Assembly: GCF_964188315.1 (NCBI RefSeq)
Contig: NC_135667.1
Coordinates: forward strand, 24,490,001-24,554,000
Source of the DNA: Podarcis muralis
Lineage: Eukaryota
Reading direction: 5' to 3'
DNA length: 64,000 nt
Shown: piece by piece, positions 13,006 to 25,163 of the stretch
Position numbering within the stretch: the stretch's first letter is position 1
How the letters are laid out: every line of letters starts with the position of its first letter
Notes under the pieces: generated by a model
Seen by the model: only the letters and a program-made list of their open reading frames with translations
Databases searched by the model: none
What the model was told of the DNA's origin: nothing
Program-made: the position numbers and the translations under genes

Positions 13006-13833
13006 GATGGTGGCTTGTACACTATTAATAATAGTGTGTACAGTGATATAGTGATCCCCTGTACTAGTCTTCAGATATGTTTATGTGGGACTATGATACA
13101 ATGGTGCTGCATTCATCTGAGAGTCCTCCATCTTCTAATGGGACCTGACAGAATATTGAGTAGCAGTTCCTTGTTTATGGGGGGGGGGGAGGTGAAGCCT
13201 GCTAACTGTGAAAAGGACCTGCTGTTTGGTGACCTTTCTGGGGTGGGCAAAGGAACTGGGGCAAATGTGTTCACACAGTTTGTGAGAAGGATGAGAGGAA
13301 AGGCACCTGTATCTGCATCACCAATGAAAATAGTTGATCTACCCTGCCTTCTCAGGCTGCATTAAGTTTCATATTTCCTTCCACGTCCAGCCAAACACCC
13401 CAAAGGAAGGCTATATGTGAATATTGTGTGCAAATAATCTAGCAGTTTAATTGAGAACCCTGAATCATTGAGACCTATAGCTTGGTGGTGAACTCCTAGG
13501 ACATAGATGTGCCTGCATGTTGGCTTCTCTTTCTGAGCTCCCTCTGAATGCATAGATGTCAGGAGAAGAGAGTATGGATATAATCAGACCTTGCCCTGAA
13601 CACATTTGCAACAGATATAGAGGCTCAATGAGTGGACAGGGATTCTCTCATGACAATACAGAGGGGTCAGACAGCGTATCATCATATGTCTTCATTTCAT
13701 ATTTCAGCAAAGAAATATCAGCTTCATTTGATTATTACACAGAAGGAGTCCAGCTTAAATTAAACTGTTTACTCAATATTTCTTTCTATCTTATTCTGGT
13801 ACAGGTAATATGTGAATATGCCCAGTGAAAAAA

Positions 13834-14769
13834 ATGCACAATCTTACCTCCATGTCTACATTTCTGCTGCTGGGATTCTCAGACATTCGAGAACTGCAGA
13901 TCTTGCACTTCTTTGTGTTCCTAGCATTGTACATTATAGCAATCATAGGGAATCTCCTCATTGTTGCTGCAATTGTCCTTGATCACCAGCTTCACACACC
14001 CATGTACTTCTTTCTACTGAATTTGGCTATGCTGGACATCGGAACAATTTCCGTCATGGTACCCAAATCAATAGTTCTTTCCCTTCTAAACAGCAGGTTT
14101 ATTTCTTATTTTGGATGTGTTGCTCAAGTTTTCTTTATGTTATTTGGAACATCAGATTTTGCTCTCCTAACTATAATGGCACATGATCGCTATGTTGCTA
14201 TCTGCAACCCATTACAATATGAGTCAATAATGCACAAAGCAGCCTGTATTCGTATGGTAGCGATTGTGTGGACTATTTGTGTTTTATATTCTGTGTTACA
14301 TACTGGGAGCACCTTTGCAAATACCTTCTGTTCTAATGCTGTTAATCAGTTCTTCTGTGAAATCCCACCACTACTGAAGCTCTCCTGCTCTAACTTCTAC
14401 CTGGTTGAAGTTGGGTTTCTTGTGCTAAGCTCTGGTATAGCACTAGGTTGTTTTGTTTTCGTCATCTTAACATATATGCAGATCTTTTCTACAGTGTTAA
14501 AAATCCCCTCTGTTCATGGAAAGAAAAAAGCCCTCTCCACTTGCCTTCCTCACCTCACTGTTGTCTCTGTGTTTCTTATAAGTGGGGTGTTTGCCTATGC
14601 AAGGCCTCCTAGTGATTCTTCTTCTGATCTGGATATAGTTGTGTCTGTGATGTACACCATAATCCCTCCCACATTGAATCCATTCATCTACAGCATGAGA
14701 AACAAAGAAATCAAGACTGCTTTGTGGAAACTCTTAAATTTTGGGAAATCTTCTAAAGTTTTCTCCTGA
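13834..14769 (+). CDS. Olfactory receptor, OR14-like
   Basis: True start MHNLTS (ATG 13834, downstream of acceptor TACAG at 13804); LHTPMYFFL, MAHDRYVAIC, KKALSTCLPHL, PPTLNPFIYSMRN. One-residue deletion in TM3 relative to paralogs. Confidence 0.95.
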   Translation: MHNLTSMSTFLLLGFSDIRELQILHFFVFLALYIIAIIGNLLIVAAIVLDHQLHTPMYFFLLNLAMLDIGTISVMVPKSIVLSLLNSRFISYFGCVAQVFFMLFGTSDFALLTIMAHDRYVAICNPLQYESIMHKAACIRMVAIVWTICVLYSVLHTGSTFANTFCSNAVNQFFCEIPPLLKLSCSNFYLVEVGFLVLSSGIALGCFVFVILTYMQIFSTVLKIPSVHGKKKALSTCLPHLTVVSVFLISGVFAYARPPSDSSSDLDIVVSVMYTIIPPTLNPFIYSMRNKEIKTALWKLLNFGKSSKVFS

Positions 14770-15769
14770 GTTGTTCTGTGAAAATGGGATTTTGTGGTCT
14801 TCGGTATGAGAATAGTTTCCTTTAAATAAAGCGCCACACACATTTCAGTAACCAGCAAACATTACTTCTATCACAAATATTACCCTCTGCCTCCTCTAGC
14901 CTACATTGAATTTCTTTCATCCATCATTTTTCATATTCATAGTTTGGCTACAGTCAACCTAATATCAGCTGAGTTATAATCTATGCAGAAATCAACATGG
15001 CATTCTAATATTGTGTGGACTTTATTGACTAGGTTCCTTTTCTAAACACTGGTGTAGGCCTCATCCCTTGCTACTACCAATAACAATGGGTGAGAATTTC
15101 ACCTCAACTCTCATTTTAAACTGAATCTATCAAATTCACACTTTCAATATATGAACTTAACCACAAATTCAGTTCTCTGAATTTTCCAATGAAGTTTGCC
15201 CATAAGCCAATGTTTTAGAAAACTCCATATATTCAGGGAATTGAATTTATGGTTAGAAAAATGTGCAACTGAGATAGGACCTTTCTCTGGGACCAAAGAG
15301 AGAATGTTTTTGGACAATGTCAAGGACTTTAAAAAGACTGGAACTTATTGCTAGTTTGTTTAGAGAAATGTGTTACTTTGCATTTTGTAACATTTTATTT
15401 TGTAACTAGTTTAAAACATTTTTGCAGTAAAACTTTTTGGAATTCATTCTTGTGGTGGAGCTTATTCACTTCTATGGTGCACAAGATCCAGAGCAGGGAA
15501 TTCCACTCTAATATCTCTAACAAGAGGTGCTGAGGAAACGGGAAGGCACATTCCTTTCTGTTTCTTGGGAAGCCTCACACAGATCCCATGTCAACTTGGG
15601 GAAATCCAGAATCCACCCTTCTGCCTCCCTCAAGGCACCCTGCTTTTGCTCAGGATGAATTTGGTATTTGTCTGAATTCACTGCACACATCCTTAATATC
15701 CATGCTCTTTTACAAGACAAATATCACATAAATTGCAGGTCTCCAGCAGGATGGAGGACCCAGAGTGCT

Positions 15770-15975
15770 TCTACATAATACAGTGGGGTTTTCTTATTTC
15801 TTGGGCAATAGCACAATTGGAGGTTACCAGAGTCTGAGTGACGGTAGCCAAGCTATCCCTGTCCATTAAAGACAATAGTTGTGCACCAGCTGAAGCTTGG
15901 CATAAGCACTTCAAGCCACTGACTCCTGATCCCAAGTGATTACGAACCTGCTCCTTTAAGGGGAGTGGGACACTA
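15770..15975 (-). mobile_element. L2 LINE reverse-transcriptase fragment
   Basis: Minus-strand translation LPLKEQVRNHLG...DRDSLATVTQTLVTS matches the L2-type RT C-terminal region. Confidence 0.6.
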
Positions 15976-16736
15976 TACAGGACAGATTGTTTTTCCATCT
16001 CCCAAACTCAGGAACCATACACCCAGAACAACTCCATCTTGCCTTGATTTCATTTCATTGTCTGGGCCCACATCAAGATTCCGGACACCAGTCAAGTACT
16101 TTACAAGCCTCTCCTGGTACCGATGGAAAAGAGAGAGAGAGAGAGAGTTGTGTGTCATCACTACATATTCTTTGGGGACTATTCACGGTGGGCCAGGAAC
16201 CGGCAATACCTGTTTTGCTTCAATAACCCCCATATCAATGCAGCCTTAGTTCCCTTAACCCACCTCCAATCATAATAGTACAATGTGGGGTTGGGGGTGT
16301 TGCGGGGAGAGACAGATCCAGCCATCCCAGCCAGAACCACCCCATCTCTAACTGGCAAATTTATGACATCATCTCTGAGAGAAGTTTTTCATCTTAATTT
16401 AATAGCATCATATTGTTTAAAAATATCAGCACATCCTCCGTTGAATTTTTGGCATTAATGAGATCAATTAGAATCTCAAGATCTTTCCCAATGTTCCTCT
16501 GAAGTGCCAGATCTATGACAATCTGTTTGATTGAAGGGGCACATGGAACAACCTGCTGGACCTACTGCGCAGGAATGTACTTAATTACAGGCACATAAGG
16601 GGAAAGATGTACTATCATTGTAAGTGGGGGCTCACTTCAGAAGACTGAATCTTCCATCACCTTTGGTCACAACAAGATTCCTCAGGTATGTGCATGTGTT
16701 TGTTGGCATGGTCAGAGTATTCCTGCTTTTCATATA

Positions 16737-16988
16737 CAGCCATACCTCATGTTGCGTCCGCTTCAGGTTGCATTTTATCAGGTTGCGGACTGCCGAAACC
16801 CGGAAGTACCGGAACGGGTTACTTCCGGGTTTCGGCAGTCGCGCATGTGCAGAAGCACTAAATTATGCTTTGCACATGCGCAGAAGCGCCGAATCCCAAC
16901 CCGCGTGTGCACAGACATGGGTTGCCAACACTCCGGGTTGTGAACGTGCATCCCACATGGATCACATTCGCAACCCGAGTGTCCACTG
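16737..16988. mobile_element. Tc1/mariner (Tigger-like) MITE with internal 21-bp perfect hairpin
   Basis: TA|CAG...CTG|TA ends; GACTGCCGAAACCCGGAAGTA (16788-16808) pairs with 16820-16840. Confidence 0.65.
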
Positions 16989-17398
16989 TATAATCTTTTC
17001 ATGTGTATGTGCGTGCGCATACACATGCTTAACTCTTGACTGCATTCTGATCTGCTTGTTGTTGTTTTTATGTCCTGGAAACATCTACAGGTATAGAACA
17101 GCCTGGTGACTTCAGCTTTGTCTTTACAGGCAGAGACACTACCCACACAATGATATTTTATTTTGTTTTAAGTAACTCAACTTTCAGAATTGGATAGTTA
17201 AAGTGGTTGGAGCCTGTAATTTAAGTGCTGCATGATCTATGTCTAGAAATTTCTCTTTATTAACACCGTATTTTGCAAGGAGTAAACAACCAACATTGGA
17301 GTCAGCTAGGGGACCTTTCAATCAAATACAGTCCAATCCTGTGCATGTCTTATTGGAAGCAAACCTTACTGACCTCAATGAGATTTCCTCCAAAGTAA

Positions 17399-17762
17399 AG
17401 GTAAAGGTAAAGGTACCCCTGCCCGTACGGGCCAGTCTTGACAGACTCTAGGGTTGTGCGCTCATCTCACTCTATAGGCCGGGAGCCAGCGCTGTCCGCA
17501 GACACTTCCGGGTCACGTGGCCAGCGTGACAAGCTGCATCTGGCGAGCCAGCGCAGCACACGGAAACGCCGTTTACCTTCCCACCAGTAAGCGGTCCCTA
17601 TTTATCTACTTGCACCCGGGGGTGCTTTCGAACTGCTAGGTTGGCAGGCGCTGGGACCGAGCAACGGGAGCGCACCCCGCTGCGGGGATTGGAACCGCCG
17701 ACCTTTCGATCGGCAAGCCCTAGGCACTGAGGCTTTTACCCACAGTGCCACCCGCGTCCCTC
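17399..17762 (-). mobile_element. Sauria SINE, full length
   Basis: (AAAGGT)n tail, tRNA-like head; 14-bp target-site duplication TTCCTCCAAAGTAA at 17385-17398 and 17763-17776. Confidence 0.93.
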
Positions 17763-18629
17763 TTCCTCCAAAGTAAGCATATATAAATTTGCAAACTTCA
17801 GTTGAACTGTGTCTTAGACTTGCAGCAACATAAAATTTATGAGGGCATAGTAGGCTAGATTATGTAGTTTGACTGTAAAGACTTATCCTTTGGGTAGTGG
17901 GATACACTACATAGCTTTTAGACACTTTCTAAGTGTAAATCAAAATGCTGAATGCATAGAGGAGAGATATTTTTAATCCAGTATGTATGCTGTGGAACAT
18001 TGGGGGGGGGGGGGAGAGAACCGAAATGTGAATTTATTCCAAGCACAGCCAAGCAAGACTTAATCCTCCATTCACCAACTGGTGAGAGGAGAATTCAATC
18101 CTATGGGGTGCAGGGTACTCCTTTATCATTGTGCCCCTTTGCTTGTAAAGAAATGTCCTGCAGAATCCACACTCTGACCCCCTAGCTTTCTCACAGCCCA
18201 TTTCCAAGGCCCCATTGACACGGGAACCACCTAGGCCTACCAACAGACATTGCTCTACTGCTGGTGGCCAGCCATGTCAGATGATGACTGAAAGCACACT
18301 GGGACCCACAGCTAGCAGAGCCCTTCTGCAGAGACTGTACTGTTCCTGGATGTACGTCTGGGTAGTTTCCATGGCAATGGGACTTAGGGAACTGGTTGTG
18401 AGGAGGTCTGCTAGCAAGATATTTGGGATTCATTTCTGTGGGATGCTCCTTTGCAAACTCATTCCCTGGAGGGAAGACACTTGCATGGGAATGCCTTGTA
18501 TCACACAGGAATGAACCCTCCTCCTCTTATTCTCAGTGTGCCCATATTAGTTATTTGTTTATGTTTGTGACACAGATTATGTAATAACTGAGGTGAGGGA
18601 GTTCTGTTTCTGATAAGCTGTTTTGGACT

Positions 18630-18819
18630 CATGGGAGCAATTTGCCAAAATGCCAGAGTAGATATACAATTAACTTCCTTCCTACACAGAGTGCTCGAAA
18701 AATCAGTTTGGATATAAAACTGCTAGGCAATATTCTGGAAAGGGCTTGTGCAGCAGCTTAATGAAATACTTCATTTACCCACACTGAAACCCAACTGCTT
18801 TTAAAGGAGCGAGGTAAGT
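18630..18819 (+). promoter_or_regulatory. Candidate OR proximal promoter and non-coding exon 1 for OR 19878
   Basis: CTCATGGGAG (O/E-like), CAATTA 30 nt later (18667), AG|GTAAGT at 18814. Confidence 0.55.
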
Positions 18820-19267
18820 TTTATTTTTTTAAAAAAACAACTGTCAATCCATAAACACTACCCATGATGAAAAAAACGACTATTTTTTCTTTCTTCTCAT
18901 CAATCCCTTTCTCTCAGCCTACAACCCTCTCTGACTGCTACTCTTACACTACATTTCTCCCTTAGAAATTTTTCTCACAGTGAAGTCAATGAATTGAAAG
19001 TATAATTAAAAAACATGTTGCATTAACTGGGACATTAATATATCTGTGGAAAACACCAGGATTAGAATTCTAAGATGTGGAAGTAACACACGAGTACACC
19101 TGACCAAGAAACATGACAAACAGAAAAAAGAAAGGTAAGAAGTCACCTCCCATTACATTCAGTCCTCCAGCTGTATACTGCTCACAGGAGTAGACACTCT
19201 TGTAATCAATTATTTTGGGGACTTAGTTGACTGAATAAATTTTATTGGATCAGTTTTTTCTGCTGTA

Positions 19268-19511
19268 CAGTGGTACCTCTGGTTACGTACTTAATTCATT
19301 CCGGAGGTCCGTTCTTAACCTGAAACTGTTCTTAACCTGAAGACCACTTTAGCTAATGGGGACTCCCGCTGCTGCCACATTGCTGCCGCCGCACGATTTC
19401 TGTTCTCATCCTAAAGCAAAGTTCTTAACCTGAGGTACTATTTCTGGGTTAGCGGAGTCTGTAACCTGAAGCATATGTAACCTGAAGCATATGTAACCCG
19501 AGGTACCACTG
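19268..19511. mobile_element. Tc1/mariner (Tigger-like) MITE, family with four copies in the window
   Basis: TIR CAGTGGTACCTC, TA flanks; homologs at 35925, 51323, 54660. Confidence 0.9.
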
Positions 19512-19877
19512 TATTTGGGCACACAAATCCAGATTAGGCTACAATTGCAACCCAGTCAACCAGGGTTGATCCAAACATTTTGATGACTGAGGTGAAAGCT
19601 GAGTTGTCCCCATCCCCATTAACCACTGAAAGACTGGGGATGGGAAAGCATCTTACAACAAACGTGAAGGTGGAAAGGGAAAATGAAAGGACAGTAGTAC
19701 TCTCGTGACAATACCAAGGGAACAAAGAGTCCATAATAACATTTGCCTATCTGGTATATGTGACTGCTAGATTAAAGGAATCTTGGTTAAATTAAATTCA
19801 TAAATCAACATTTGTATATTAACAGTTATTTCCTTCTTATTTGCACAGCAAGCATCTGAACAAGTCCTGTGAGCATA

Positions 19878-20828
19878 ATGCACAATCTTACCTCCATGTC
19901 TGCATTTCTCCTGCTAGGATTCTCGGACATTCGAGAACTGCAGATCTTACACTTCTTTGTGTTCCTAGCCTTGTACTTGATGGCAATAATAGGAAATCTT
20001 CTCATTGTCATTGCATTTGTCCTTGATCACCACCTTCACACACCCATGTACTTCTTTCTGATGAATTTAGCCATGATGGACGTTGGAACAATTTCAGTCA
20101 TCGTACCCAAATCAATGGCTATTTCCCTCCTAAACAGCAGGTCAATTTCTTACTCCGGATGTGTTGCTCAAGTTTTCTTTTATTTCTTATTTGGGACGTC
20201 AGATTTTTTCCTCTTAACTATAATGGCACATGACCGCAATGTTGCTATTTGCAACCCACTCCACTATGAGACAATTATGCACAAAGGAGCCTGTATTCAG
20301 ATGGTGGCCACTCTGTGGATTACGAGCCTTCTTTTTGCCATGTTACATACAGGTAGCATCTTTGCAAACACTTTCTGTTCTAATGCTGTCAATCAGTTCT
20401 TCTGTGAAGTCCCAACATTACTGAAGCTCTCCTGCTCTGATTTCTACTTAGTTGAAGTTGGATTCCTGGTGCTGAGCTGGAGTGTGGGACTAGGTTGTTT
20501 CATATTCATTATCATAACATACATTCAGATTTTTTCTACAGTGCTCAGAATCCCTTCTGTTCATGGTCAGAAAAAAGCCCTCTCCACTTGCCTTCCCCAC
20601 CTCACTGTTGTCTCTGTGGTTCTCTTCAGTGGAGTCTTTGCCTATGCAAGGCCTCCCAGTAATGCTTCTTCTTATACAGATATCTCTTTTGCTGTGGTCT
20701 ATACCATCATTCCTCCCACACTGAATCCATTCATCTACAGTATGAGAAACAAGGAAATCAAGGCTGCTTTGTGGAAACTCTTAGATCTTGGACATTCCTT
20801 TAAAACATTTTTCAGAGTTATTATTTAA
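19878..20828 (+). CDS. Olfactory receptor, OR14-like (DRN variant)
   Basis: Start MHNLTS (ATG 19878, acceptor at 19848); complete OR motif set; MAHDRNVAIC. Confidence 0.95.
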   Translation: MHNLTSMSAFLLLGFSDIRELQILHFFVFLALYLMAIIGNLLIVIAFVLDHHLHTPMYFFLMNLAMMDVGTISVIVPKSMAISLLNSRSISYSGCVAQVFFYFLFGTSDFFLLTIMAHDRNVAICNPLHYETIMHKGACIQMVATLWITSLLFAMLHTGSIFANTFCSNAVNQFFCEVPTLLKLSCSDFYLVEVGFLVLSWSVGLGCFIFIIITYIQIFSTVLRIPSVHGQKKALSTCLPHLTVVSVVLFSGVFAYARPPSNASSYTDISFAVVYTIIPPTLNPFIYSMRNKEIKAALWKLLDLGHSFKTFFRVII

Positions 20829-21011
20829 AAATAAGTTTGCATGCTTTTATGTGTGTGGATGCACTTTTTAACACAAGTGCTATACACATTTCACTTTTCA
20901 GCAAACATTTTTATAAGTGAATTTCTCTCTGTCCTCCTTCAGTGTCACTTGTTGCTTTCCTGTGCATCTTGAGAATTTTGCAGATCCTCAAGTTGTTATA
21001 TTTCATAAATA

Positions 21012-21249
21012 GAGTCGTACCTTGGATCTCGTACACCTCGTACACCTTGTGACTCAAACATTTTGGCTCCCGAATCCGGCAAACCCAGAAGTGAGTGTTC
21101 CAGTTTGTGAATGTTCTTTGGAAGCTGGATGTCCGGCACGGCTTCCATGGCTTCCGATTGAGTGCAGGAAGCTCCTACAGCCAACTGGAAGCCACACCTT
21201 GGTTGTCGAACTTCCGGAATGGATTTCGTTTGACAACCAAAGTACAAAG
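21012..21249. mobile_element. Degenerate Tigger-like MITE
   Basis: Ends resemble GTACCTTGG...CCAAAGTAC; GC-richer than flanks. Confidence 0.4.
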
Positions 21250-21689
21250 TACAACCTATTTATTCACATTTGGTTGTGTTGATTCTTCTTCCTGGTATGT
21301 TGGCAAATACAATACAATACAATAGCATTTGGAAATGTAATTTACATCCTGAGCGGCAACAAATGATCTTTGATACTGATAACAGACAGATGCACTTTAA
21401 CCCTTTAAAATGCCAGAACAAACAAAAGAATGTAGTGCAACCTATGAGGGTTATCTTGAAGAGCTGGGGCATCTCTCTCTCTCTCTCTCTCTCTCAACTA
21501 TCTATATATTTGTAGTGTAGTGCATGCAGAATGCAGCTGTGCTGAGGGAAAACACTAGGCAAAAGGACTTAACAAAAAATCTTAAGGGACAAGCAGGATG
21601 CTATGGAGGGTAGCATTTTAAAGGTAAACTCCATTGCCAGCCACTTTTAAATGGAGTAACATTACTCCACCTGGTTGAACCAGTTAGAA

Positions 21690-22045
21690 TATTCAAGGGC
21701 AGAAGACTGAAATGTTATAGCCATCTTCAAATATCCAAAGAGCTGTCACATGGAAGATGGCACAAGCTTGTTTTTCACTGCTCCAAAGGGTAGAACCTGA
21801 ACCAATGGATTCAAATTACAAGAAAGGAGATTCTGATTGAACATTAGGAAGAACTTTCTGATGGTAAGAGCTGTTGAACAATGGAACCGACTACCTCAGA
21901 AGGTGGTGGACTATTATTCATTGGAGGCTTTTCAATAGAGGTTGGATGGCTCCCTGTCAGGGATTATTTACTTGTTATTCCTGTATTGTAACGAGTTGGG
22001 CTATATGGCCATTGAGGTCCCTTCCAACTGTTCAATTCTAGGTAT
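21690..22045 (+). mobile_element. CR1 LINE 3' end
   Basis: gaaaggagattctgattgaacattaggaagaactttctgatggtaagagctgttgaacaatggaac and ggtcccttccaactgttcaattcta tail. Confidence 0.75.
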
Positions 22046-22469
22046 AATTCAATGCAACAATTCAAGCAAGAGGTAACCAGAACATGGATTGCTCATATAA
22101 AAGACTTCATGGAATGCTGCATGACTATTAAAAATCTAGTAAACTCTATCCACCATCTTTATATTCAAGGCCACAATATGGTATATCTAGAGATTGTATG
22201 TAACGTGAAGGAGATTATGCGTTGAAATATTTTAGTTATTATTTTAGAATGTAAAATGCTATTTTATTTATTGATTGGTTTTACCTTGTGGGCTTATAGC
22301 CAAATAAAGTATCTGACTGAGTAATCAGTCAAAGCTGGCAGAATACATTCCATGTCACCAAGTGACAATGATGGATCAAAGATCTCCTTCAAAGTCGTGC
22401 AGTTGGCCCTTTCGATGGGGGGTATTGGACTGTAAAAAAATGGTTGAACCTCATGGTTTGAAGCTTCAT

Positions 22470-22940
22470 AATGATGATGAAGATGGTTTTACTGTACTTT
22501 TATCAGTGAGGTCAGGAAAAGCTGTGTGTGGTGGACATTCCTTTGGTCAGCCCCCTGAAGACTCAGTAGCCAATCACAGCAAGGTGAAGTGCTTGTTAGG
22601 ATATTTCCGTTCCACCTTAAAAAGGGGACAGGCTGTTGTGAGTCACAGCCTACGTATTTCCTGTTCACAGGATGTTTCTGTTTTGTATATGCTTTCTTTT
22701 TCTCTCTGTGCCTGGACATCGAAGCAGGCAGTCATGTTTTCTCTTTGTTCTGACCAACGCTGACTAAAGTTGTAAATAATGCTCTCTTGAGTGCATCTTT
22801 CACTGTACGAACTCTGCTGATAGAGCGTGCACCAGTCCTTGGAATGTGGAAAGCTATTTCCGAGGCTTTTGTCGCTAATTGATTGATACTGCGTTTCTAC
22901 GGGAGGTCGATGGATCGTCCGGAGACAGCGTGGGGCCATG
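22470..22940 (-). mobile_element. RTE-clade LINE 3' fragment, degenerate
   Basis: Minus strand has RCLRTI, a decayed IGLLSH-like C-terminal motif and a (CAT)n-like tail. Confidence 0.45.
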
Positions 22941-23810
22941 ATGGCTTTTGTCTCCCTGGCAGTATCCCAACAGTGCTAGCCAATCAGGAGGGAGTGGAAA
23001 AGTAAAAGGTAAAACCTGACAGTTAAAGTGTTAGATAGGGCTTGGATGGGAGAATAGCTGAGCAGCTAGAGGTTTGCTAGGCAGGGCAAACCAGATTATT
23101 TTATAAAACAATTATAACATATTATATCATAAAGGGGGGCTAGATGTGTTTTACTAGCATGGTGGGACAAAGAGCCATTCTAGGATGAATCAGATGATTT
23201 AGGAACACTGTTAAAGTCATAAGTAAAAGTCTTAAACACTTCTGTAAAAAAAGAATTTGACCAAAATCAAGCTTGTACTTTACCAAAGTAACCATCAAGC
23301 TGTAACGCTCATTGGGTGTGTATAAATAAAATACCAGTTTTGTTTTAAACATGTCTAATTTAATTTATTCCCACTTTAAGGGATAAGTGGTCACAGATTG
23401 TGAGTGAATGCCTGGAACCCCACGGGCTCCTGCCACCGCTCAGCAAAGAGAGAGGGAGGCACCCAACGTTTGTAACAGTATGTTTTATCAGTATGGTGGA
23501 CAATTTACCAGGCAATCCAATAAACTTTTTTAAAAAACATGGAAAGAAAGAAGGCAGTCCTCAGACATCTTCCAAGTACCATTGTGGAACCCATGTATGG
23601 ATTGATTCATAGATATGCAGACAAATCCTCTTTTCATGTTCCAATGTGCACATAGGTCTGCCAGGGCCAAGATGGAAAACCTCTCTGTATACGCAGTGCG
23701 ATCTGGAATCCTCTATAAGACAGTGAGCATATATTAGTTGCTTACATTTGTGACAGAAACAGAGGAAACAATAATTGGGGAGTTCTGGTTCTGATCAACT
23801 GTTTTGGACT

Positions 23811-24048
23811 CATGGGAGCAATTTGCCACAATGCCAAAGCACATATCCAATTATGCTCCTTCTAACACACACACCTTTTAAAAACCGGTTTATAAATATA
23901 TCTGTTACACAATATTCTGGCATGTGCCAGAAGAAGAAGAAATCATCTCAGATGTCTCAATGAATGTCTGAGTAGTCATGGCCTATAGTAGTGAAATGAA
24001 AAACTTCACTTACCCAGGCTGAAACTGTTTTAAAAGGAATAGGTAAGT
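23811..24048 (+). promoter_or_regulatory. Candidate OR proximal promoter and non-coding exon 1 for OR 25164
   Basis: CTCATGGGAG, CAATTA 30 nt later (23848), AG|GTAAGT at 24043. Confidence 0.55.
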
Positions 24049-24170
24049 GGTTGGGGTGGTTTTTAGCTGTGAACTTAACAATACCTGTGGCAAGAAAACT
24101 GTAACTCCTTATTTCTTCGCATCATTCTTCATCACCACACCTACATCTTTCTGCATGTTACTCTTACACT

Positions 24171-24328
24171 CAGTGCTTTTCTTGGGGGGGGGGGGAGAGA
24201 TGCATGGGTACGCATACCCCTAAACATTTTGTGAATCTAAGTTTGGCTAATTCAGGGGCAGTATTTCAATATGAGTAGGAAAATGAGAGTACCCCAAACA
24301 TTTTTTTTTTTTAAGAAAAAAAGCACTG
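24171..24328. mobile_element. hAT-type MITE
   Basis: TIR CAGTGCTTTT / AAAAGCACTG; perfect 8-bp TSD CTTACACT (24163-24170, 24329-24336); empty site visible in the paralogous block near 18941. Confidence 0.9.
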
Positions 24329-25163
24329 CTTACACTTCATTTTGACCTAAACAATTTCTCAGAACTGAGGTTGATGAATTGAAAGAAAAATAATACAAGC
24401 ATGTTACCGGTACATTAACTAGCATTCCTCTATCTGTGGAATGTATCAGAATCAGACTCGGAAGATAAGGTGGTAACACTCAAGTATCTTTGTACATTTA
24501 AGCTGGAAACATAACAAATCTAAGAATACTGCAAATTGTGATTCCACATACCCACCCATCTCCAGTAGGGAAGAAGTGGTCTCAGATTAAAATCAGTCTC
24601 CCAACAGTATATTGCTCACAGGGCATAGGCAGATTTCTGATGAACTATTTGTGGATATTAGCTGGCTGAAGAAATGTTTGCACCAGTTGTGTTTTTAAAA
24701 AAATCCAGATTAGACTAGGACTTCCACCCAGTCAATATATATTGTGTACATTGTGTGTCTTTAGTCTGTCCACCTTATCTGGCACCCTGCATAATTGGAG
24801 CCAGCAACTGATTGGTGAGCTCCTATGCACATATAAATGTATGCTTGTAAACTTCCCTTTCTGATGCTTCACTGAATGCATAGATGCCAGGGGAAGGATT
24901 TTAGGGAGTATAGACTCACCACACCTTGCCTACATTTGCAAATGGTGTGTGTGTGGGGGGGGGCACAAGTGGACAGGGATCATCTGATGAGAAAACAGAG
25001 GGGACAACAATTATTGCTGATTATGCAAAGGAATATTTGGTGGACTTGATTTCTAGATCAAAGCAGCTCAGTTTAAATTAAATTGATGAATCAATAATTG
25101 TACACTAATAGTCCTTATCCTCTTGCTTGTACAGGTAACATGTGGATAAGTGCTGCGAACATA

